Source: Trichoplax adhaerens
Taxonomy: Eukaryota > Animalia > Placozoa
Length of the DNA stretch: 64,000 nucleotides
Assembly: GCF_000150275.1 (NCBI RefSeq)
Contig: NW_002060970.1
Coordinates: forward strand, 146,197-210,196
Reading direction: 5' to 3'
Under the pieces are notes generated by a model. It had not been told where the DNA came from, made no database searches, and saw only the letters and a program-made list of their open reading frames with translations. The translations under genes were made by a program, and so were the position numbers. Each line of letters opens with the position of its first letter. The stretch's first letter is position 1. Positions 56,001-64,000 of the stretch are shown here, piece by piece.

Positions 56001-58140
56001 TCAAGATGCTTTGCAAGATCAAAATTAATCTTATAAGCATGAATAGAATACAACGTGCATCAAGTTTCTAGAAAGATTTATACTCTAAAATTTAACGGAT
56101 TGATAAAGCGATTTATAATGTACGTAAAAGAATACATTTGTGATGCTTGTACAACTGCAATTCATCAAATTCTTGCCTGAGCCTAATACGTTGGCATGTT
56201 TAAAGGCCATGATAGACTTATGTAAGAATAACAGCATTGATCAACTTACTCTTTTGTGGACTTTCTGAATAATTTAAATTTGGAGAAGTCGCTTTCTCCG
56301 TAGTTATTGAATTGGCTGTGCTGTCTATTGCCGGTCTCACTGTTGCTGTCGTTTGGTCAACATAGCTGGTTGCTGCATCAGTAATCGGAATAATTCCAGT
56401 TGAGCATTTCTGAGAATCAGAGCAATCACTAACTGTGGCTATTTCTGTCCTTTTTGAAGGTGTTATGCTATTAGAATCAGTTCGAAAGATGGTCTGGACT
56501 GTTGGTACAGATGTTATTTTAGCTGTCATTTCTTCCGTTATTACAGATGAATTAAAGCTATCAGTAGTTTCTTCTATTTTGATCGCTGTAGTAGAATTAG
56601 CCAATTCACTACTTACGGCTGTAGCATTATTCTCATCTTTAAAATCTGCAGGAATCTCGGTAGGATCAATTATAGTAGTTGCATTATCAACTTCTTCATC
56701 CGTAGGGAAATCAATGGTGATCGTTGCTTCATTGCTATAGTTGGAGTTACTCCATTGCTCAGTGGTAAAGTTATCAGAAACTTGTGGATTGTCTGTAGAG
56801 TCGATCTGAGTAATATTTGTTTCTGTAGTGGTTGATAAAGATGTCGTTGTCTCAGTTTCGTTACTATTCAAGGGATCTATAGTCCCAATAACACCGTTTG
56901 TCGATTGATCGCCACTTCCACTTATAGATTCCGAAAAATTGAATGCTGCTCCTGTTGCTGTTAAGGTTGTGTTTACTGTTGTATTTGTTACTACTTCTAT
57001 ATCTTCTGTTGCCGTTTCTGTCACTTGTGCAGTCGTTTCCGTTGTTATTTCTGTTGAAGTTTCGATTAAAGCTTGTGTTGTAGTTTCATTCACTGCTGTT
57101 ATATTTTTATTTGTTGCTTCTGACACAGTTTCAGTAGTTGCTTCTGTCGTAGGTTTGCTAGTTGCTACTGGTGTAATTTCACTGGCAATTTCTGTTGTGG
57201 CTGCTGTAGTGGCATCAGTGATAGTTAAGGCATAAGCTATTGGAATAAGTAACAAGAACAATTAAAAATAGATCAGAAATGCAATATAGTCTTTGCAGTA
57301 GTTACAAAATAGCATTGATTATAAGACTTTAGCCATCGCAACAAATCCATTGGGCAACAGTTATCAAACACTACGCTTAAGAAGATAATTTAAGTAATTG
57401 ATAAAGTTTCAAAAGCTCAATTAAGCAACAAACATCAATTTAATTTTCTAATCAAATGAATACTACTGGGCCAAGTAAAGTACTAATACTAACAGGATAT
57501 TCTACTCGTGATATTTCATGTACATGGACAGCAATAATGCTATAAATTTTTACAAATGTGCATTATTATATGCTGCTATTTTGTCGCCCATCTAAACCAA
57601 ACACGATACTCCGATACTGTTCTTCGTGATTCTTTAGGTAAATTACATCACAAGAATTAAATTGATGTCAATTTCAACATCGTTTATTGGCAAAGATTGC
57701 CATCGAGAATGCCTTACCGATATCACAAATAAACGGATATTTTACTGCACAATCTATATCGCGCCATCTCCAAGTAGCACCCGAAGTTCGGCGGTAGGAA
57801 ACGCATTTTCTTGACTTCCAATATGGCGCACCGTAATACCAATTATCATAGCCATAATAAGCGATACTTTTGCCTGTTTGGATCCAAATGTGGCTAGAAT
57901 CTGTGTCAGCACCCGTCATGTCTTTCAAGCCAATGTAAATAAAATCGCTGGTTTGTCCAGTCAAGAAAGTAGTTTTGATAAAATTGGAAACAGATGCACT
58001 ATCAACATAAGTCAACTGAGCGCCTGGATATAGGTTTTTACACGCAGTATTGGCATTATCAAAGGTTTCATAGGAGCTTGTAGCATTTACTAATTTAAAA
58101 CAACGATCTTCATGGGATTTCCAGCCGGTTGGACAACAAT
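50019..58140 (-). CDS. Adhesion GPCR gene 3, multi-exon: C-type lectin domain, S/T-rich stalk, GAIN/GPS, 7TM; signal-peptide exon not located
   Basis: CTL exon 57718-58140. Stalk exon 56250-57236. GAIN exons ~53789-55625 (LSAILLCTINP; VVCVFWD). GPS exon 53391-53496 (WSQRGC...CQCNHL|THFALMV). 7TM: LNSERFVVHKN, LAAFSWMMVEGIHLY...LGWG, CWLSYNHGMIWSFITP, KATAILFPILGVTW...LNSLQ, GVFIFIFHCVLNSE. Tail ends ...HVPCL* at ~50019 (tentative). Confidence 0.9.
56250..57236 (-). other. Mucin-like Ser/Thr-rich stalk exon of gene 3
   Basis: ORF-track 56218-57261 trimmed to AG/GT boundaries. Rich in T/S/E with many N-x-S/T sequons. Confidence 0.85.
57718..58140 (-). other. C-type lectin-like domain exon of gene 3
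   Basis: CCPTGWKSHEDRCFK...TFDNANTACK...AQLTYVDS...YIGLKD...IWIQT...NW...KCVSY...WRWRDIDCAVKYPFICD. Confidence 0.92.
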
Positions 58141-61100
58141 CTGTAAAGCAAAGTAATGCAATGAATTAAGAATATTAAATTTACCAAAAGCATGCGGCGA
58201 GTTTCACACTGACGTAATTATTAGGACCTTTGCATGCGCCCATGTAGGCGATCTTACTGTTGTTCAGCAATCTTTAAATGATAAATCACCTTAAATTCTA
58301 AATCTTTATATAATTCATTGCCTCGTGAACAACTTATCAGTTTATAGGGGCGTGAGTGTGTAACATAGTCTGATATTATGGCAGAAAAAGATGATTATAG
58401 GCAATGATACAGTCCAATTCTTGACTTTTACGACAGCTACGTTGATAAGAATATGTTTAAAGCAACCTATCTGCGAAATCTATGAATTAGATTACTTTCA
58501 GATGGAATTAAGTTTCTTGTATCTGAATTTTACTATTTCGTGAAATTTTGCCATTTGGATAATTTCAATTTAATATTACAAATACTGTACGATGTAATTC
58601 AATATCTTGAATCATGGATGGTAGCAGTATAATTAATGTATTGAAGGCACTGTTTTAGTGTGATAAACACTTTAGGATTACAAGCAAGACCTAAGTTACA
58701 CGATTAATTATTCAACGTATTATAACTACCTTATAATAGTACTAGTAACTAATATGGTATCTTTTATAAGATTTTCTCTGTAGTGTAATCTAAATTCAGC
58801 GAAAATCACTGTACTCCATTTTTCCAAATTTGCTTGTGCTAGTTCGATAGCGACTATAACGAAAAATATGCCTGATAATGATAAGCTACCGCCTCTTTCT
58901 AGAATAGAATTAACCAAAATACAAAATATCTCAGTTTAATTACCGTATTTTATTAATTATCGTTATTTGCTACTAATTATTAGATTTAAGGAATTATTAA
59001 AATGATGCGCTATCCATTTACTGGGAGCTAAATTTAGGCTGTAAACATTACACTAATAATCCAAGAAAGATTTTGCATTTATTTTTCCGGCTGTTTATAG
59101 AACTTTGTAGCACTATAAAATTAATAAATAGGTCCAAAGTATACTATACACTAATTAGATCAGATACAAGTAGTAACATTATAAAATAAACAAAGACACT
59201 GTAAATATAGCGATTTTTAATGATCTGAACTTCTAAATTTATATTAGAGCATATTCTAGTTAATTCCGATCCATTGCAAACTATAGAAATTTTCAAATCG
59301 AAAATTGAATTAAATTTTGTATTTAATACTGCAGTTTATCCAATTAATGTTTTATACAGTAGATATCCATCTAAGCTATAAAAATGTAAAATTTTTCTTA
59401 ACAGATAATAAAAGTAAATCGTAAATGTCAAACAGAATCGTTTTCTAAGCATGTAAATGAAGACTCCGTTGATAGAGGAATTAATGTTGATATGCCAAGA
59501 TTAAGTTTGTTAACATTTAAACTCTCAATAATGTAAACTAACTTCGTAATTTACATGTATTTAGTAGATAACGTATCTAATACGTATTTAGTAAAATCAA
59601 GTTCCTATTCCACGCCTATAATCAGTAGCCAATAATCTTATCAGCTTAATTACTAGCGCATCAAATGTCACAAATAAAAACTTGATGATTTTAGGTGCAG
59701 TACCTAGCCTTATATCATAGCAAATTTGTTTATTGTAATCTGCGCTGAACGCCACGAGAAAACTTCGTTAAAGATACTGTATTCATCTTTCAATTTCTGT
59801 CACACCTTTTATTTTTAATGCTAATGTAGGTTCGAGAATATAAATTTTCGGCAACTAGATTATTGCCATTTGGTAACCATAAGATTTGTTACAAGCACAG
59901 ATATTGTATTTGCTACTATCGTTTTTCGTCCTATTATGAATTCTATGTACTTCCACGAATATAACTTTCGCTCCACTACTTGCTTGCATCCCTAGAATTA
60001 TTTAAATTTGAATGAATATAATACTGTCTAATATAGCAGTGGCTAATCTAAGGACTCTTGCTCATGATGGAAACAAAATTATAGGCTCCAAATAAAACTT
60101 TAATGTTTTATATAGGCAGATATAAAAATTAACATAGCAAAGCAAACTCTGCAATTTCTCGCCATGTATTAACAATCTAGTAGCTTCGTATAGAATAAAT
60201 TATGGTACTTACCGCTCTGTTGAAGGTAGAAGATTATCTGAAATATTCGCAATAAAGAGAAAAAATTGATAATTAATGCCAGTTTTCTTTTTCGTAACCT
60301 CTCCTATCATGTCTAAACTAAAGTAACTGCCTCCATTATTATTCGACAAATTGCCATATAGTATATTAATTCTATCATCTTGAAATACATTAGTAATGTA
60401 AAATACTACAAAAACTTATAGTTAGTATCCTCCAAAAGTTAGATAAAGATTAGCCTTAACTAACATTTTGGCTTTTAATCGGAACAGAATATGTTCATAC
60501 TTACTTCATTGACTATCCTACCGAATCGGAAACTGAATACTAGATAAATCAATTGCCGGACCAGTCTACGGTCATATTTATGATGGTACTCGGTAAAGTG
60601 TTTGTTTTAAAAAATTGATATTTTTCCGAAATTGTATCATAAAAAGGAACTACAGAACCGATTGGATTGTTATAAAGTAAAGAAATATATTAATATCTTC
60701 TAGTATCAATAACTATTGCCCTTATATTAATATATTAACCATTCAGGAAAGAGAATTAAAAATAAATTAAAGGTGTTGCTAGAACTCAAATTTAAGATAG
60801 GTATGATTCTAGAACGATCTTATTTCTATACGCTACCGATTCTAAACTTTCACTTAGTCTGTTATCTTACTTTACGCATATTTAGTAGCGTAATTACAGT
60901 TAGATTACTATTGTTCATAAATTTATTATTTTACTTCCTACTAACGCGTACAAGCAATAATAATGAAATTATGTTAAAATTTAATATTAAATTCTTGTCG
61001 TCTTTCATTTTTTACATTAAGAAACGAATTATCTAATTTATTCTATTACTTAAAGATTTTCTTACCAGAGCAAGGATAACTATTTGATTAACCAGCATCA

Positions 61101-62323
61101 TTAAGATATCGATGAAAATTTTTGTTGCCTGATGATTTATAAAGTTAGAATAGTAAACCATAAACTGAGAAAAGTTTAAACCATCTGAAAACTGCCAGTC
61201 AGTGATAAATTTATTAAGTGGCCAGGAGAAATTGGATAAATATAATAAAAGAATGCCTTTCGATAAGTAACCTCTTCATATACGTAAATGTGAACTTGAT
61301 TCAGTTGCATTTCACACGCCAAGTATTGAACAGAAAAGGCTACTAATCATGTAAGATTAAAGTCGAGCCGAAGATTCTTTGCTTTAAAATGGTAAATAAT
61401 CTAAATGAAAGGAGACAGTGATTAATAAAGCAGCCCAGCAATGCAACCGGAAAATTTGACTCTATGGGACAATAGTGGAAGCCCATCAGTCTTAATTATG
61501 ATATTAATAATAAAACATTTTGTACCAAAGTCAAATTAATAATCAGAATATTTTCTAATGTTTAATTTTATTGTTTGGTGATCAAATATTAAATTCTAAA
61601 AGTAAGAAACATTTCAACGCTCATATATTTGTATTGGATAGAATTATTTAGAACTTATGTAGCGTTCAAGTAAAGAACTTAGCTATCTTATCTATTATCT
61701 ATTTCATACAATATTCCTAATCATCATTATATCATGAACTAATAGCGGTTTAAATTGCCTTAGTTTCTTATGATACTACCTTGATAATTACTGTACGCAA
61801 GAGAAAGAAGGATCAGCGATATCAGTAAATTCGAATTTATCCAAGTAATCTTTTTTGGCATTTGTGCTATATTTCTTACGGAGTATCGACTAAACAAATT
61901 AACGGATATAAAAATTTATGGCTGCATTTGTTATAACGCTGAAGAATCTAGATCTACAAAATGAGTAATTATACGTTGAATCGATACATCCGCCCCTGTT
62001 TTTGTTTGCTATCGTCTATGACGTAGGACATGAAATGATATATTAATAATTAATAAATCTGTTGTATCAAATTTACGCTGTTGTCAAGTTGTGTAAATTT
62101 AAATTTAATTTACTAAGCTGATGCAAGGAATAAACTTCCTAGAATGTCATTTAAAAAATAGTTTGTTACACAAATTTTCTCACGCAACTAAACTTTACAT
62201 ACAGTCACATATTTTTATCAATATGTAGTAGCATATGGCAACACGATATTAATATTATGCATTAGATGACTGCATACAAAGTTTATTAATAAAGCGGTTG
62301 TTAATAGCTACTTTATATAGTTC

Positions 62324-62809
62324 TGTGATGTTTACGAAGGTTGAAAGTTGGCATTAGTCGCAATAAAATACATCAGAATAGTTCAGGGAACGGTAACCTT
62401 TATTGAGCTAGTGTAAGAGAATAATCTTGTAAGATTATCGTGCAGGTTACGATGTGGCTAGTCGAATAACTATAGTAGTGTAGAATAGGTAAAGCGTGCA
62501 AGCTTACCGTGTTACTACCAGAACTAACTAACGAGATAGGCGAAAGAAGATAGCTTTTATAATGTTAGGAGCAAAGCATGAGGAAATTACTTATAGGCGC
62601 AAATGATTCATGAAAATAGGTTACTTCTATGTTAAGCTAGTGCTACGGTATAAGTTGGCTAGAGTACAAGATATTACACGGAGTCAATTGTTAAATATAG
62701 ATCATACATATTTAGATTATGCTACAGCCTTAGAGTTATGCTACAGTCTGGTGAAAACTAACACTTTTACTAAAAATAGACAATACCGTATTTAGAAGTA
62801 AACACTACA
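62324..62809 (-). mobile_element. Solo-LTR-like element, 486 bp, single copy in this window
   Basis: TGTGATG...CACTACA termini with perfect 5-bp TSD AGTTC. Minus-strand TATAAAA then AATAAA. Confidence 0.7.
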
Positions 62810-64000
62810 AGTTCAAATATTTTTCCCGAATTATTTCAAACCTGCTTATGACCTTTCTTAGTGGGCAAACATTGTAATCTGATTGGATTTAAAATATTCA
62901 GTAGCTAACGAAACCAGTTAATAAATAAATTACCTTGCCAATGTAATATTTATAGCTAATAAGTTAAAATTTTATTTTCTTTCTAATTTTTAATTTTTAG
63001 AAATTATTTGGACATAGTAATGAGCATATAATGTAATTTTCTGCCATTTCATGCAAAATATAAATTTTTGTAACTATTCATCAACACATTAATGTCAAAT
63101 TAACATTTCGGCGTTTTGGCCGAATAGTCGCCTAGCTAAATTCTATAATAATAATTTTTACTTGCAGCGGAACTACTATATCATACTGCATATAGCACAA
63201 TACTAGACTATATGTGTACATGGTGAAGTTTCTAACTCCAGAGTACTCTCTGCTATATGGCACGGTACGCATTTTTGTTACCAATTATTGACTATATTAA
63301 TCTCAATTTTATAAAGAGATGTCCTATTTATTTGCATATCGTCAAGAGATCATCTAAATATAGCTTATAGATACTACCAGTCAATAACATGTTTTAAAAT
63401 AATATCTACCTATATAATAATTATTTATACGCGAATGTTAATACTGTAAAAAATATGCAAAATATTAATACTATTTCTAAAATATATCTATGCCATATTT
63501 ATTAGCTTTCGAATCTGTTGTAAATTAGATTTATAATTTTTTTGGAAGGATTTTCTTATGTCTAATGTGCCGCTACAATTTTAACTAGTTTGGCCTAAAA
63601 GCAACATCAAATTATATGAAATGCGAATAAATTTTTGAAATTAATCCTGCTGAAATCAACTCAAAAAATTTTTAATTTATTTAATGAAAAAACAAATAAG
63701 ACAATACTATAAAAGTTCAAACTGATTTAGCGCATGTTCTAGAAGAAATTCCGACTAATACATCTTACCAAATTCAATACCGTTACTATCTTCACAATCT
63801 AACTCTTTATAACTACTCTACTATTTTAACCATAAAAGTTGTTATTTTAATTAAAGCAATTTCTGATAGAATTTCTTGAAATGTCTGCATTTAAAAGTTT
63901 CTATATAAGTACACAGCTTTCCACGCATACGTAGAAACAAAGTTCTGCAACATTTGACTGAAAATATTCTTACTAATAGAGAATTCTCATCCTTGGTCAG

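Noticed and set aside
56435-57235. Plus-strand Val-rich ORFs
   Set aside because: Antisense of the Thr-rich stalk exon (ACN codons read as Val-rich on the other strand).
60213-60310. Candidate first (signal-peptide) exon of gene 3 with a strong GTAAGT donor
   Set aside because: The hydrophobic phase-1 frame has no in-frame ATG, and the ATG frame is in the wrong phase. Cannot be assigned without transcripts.

Overview
AT-rich eukaryotic genomic DNA with many short introns. The style suggests an early-branching metazoan such as a placozoan (Trichoplax-like), but that is inference only. Manual splicing of the minus strand gives a tandem, same-orientation cluster of three adhesion GPCRs (class B2) that share homologous GAIN/GPS-7TM exons and intron phases but carry different ectodomains. 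Gene 1 (~2394-10616+) is NIDO-EGF-EGF-cbEGF-NIDO-GAIN-7TM. Gene 2 (~21369-30801) is C-type lectin domain, (TTEA)n VNTR mucin stalk, GAIN, 7TM. Gene 3 (~50019-58140+) is C-type lectin domain, non-repetitive S/T-rich stalk, GAIN, 7TM. Gene 1 keeps its HL|T cleavage site but has lost the hydrophobic Stachel core and several 7TM activation motifs, so it is a candidate atypical or decoy receptor. The mucin exon of gene 2 appears twice around a 50-N gap with a 15-unit repeat difference, most likely two uncollapsed alleles. The intergenic DNA holds many TG...CA solo-LTR-like elements with 5-bp target duplications (three inverted pairs and one doubly nested copy), a ~180-bp degenerate tandem repeat and an old dispersed repeat. 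All exon models were read by eye and lack transcript support.
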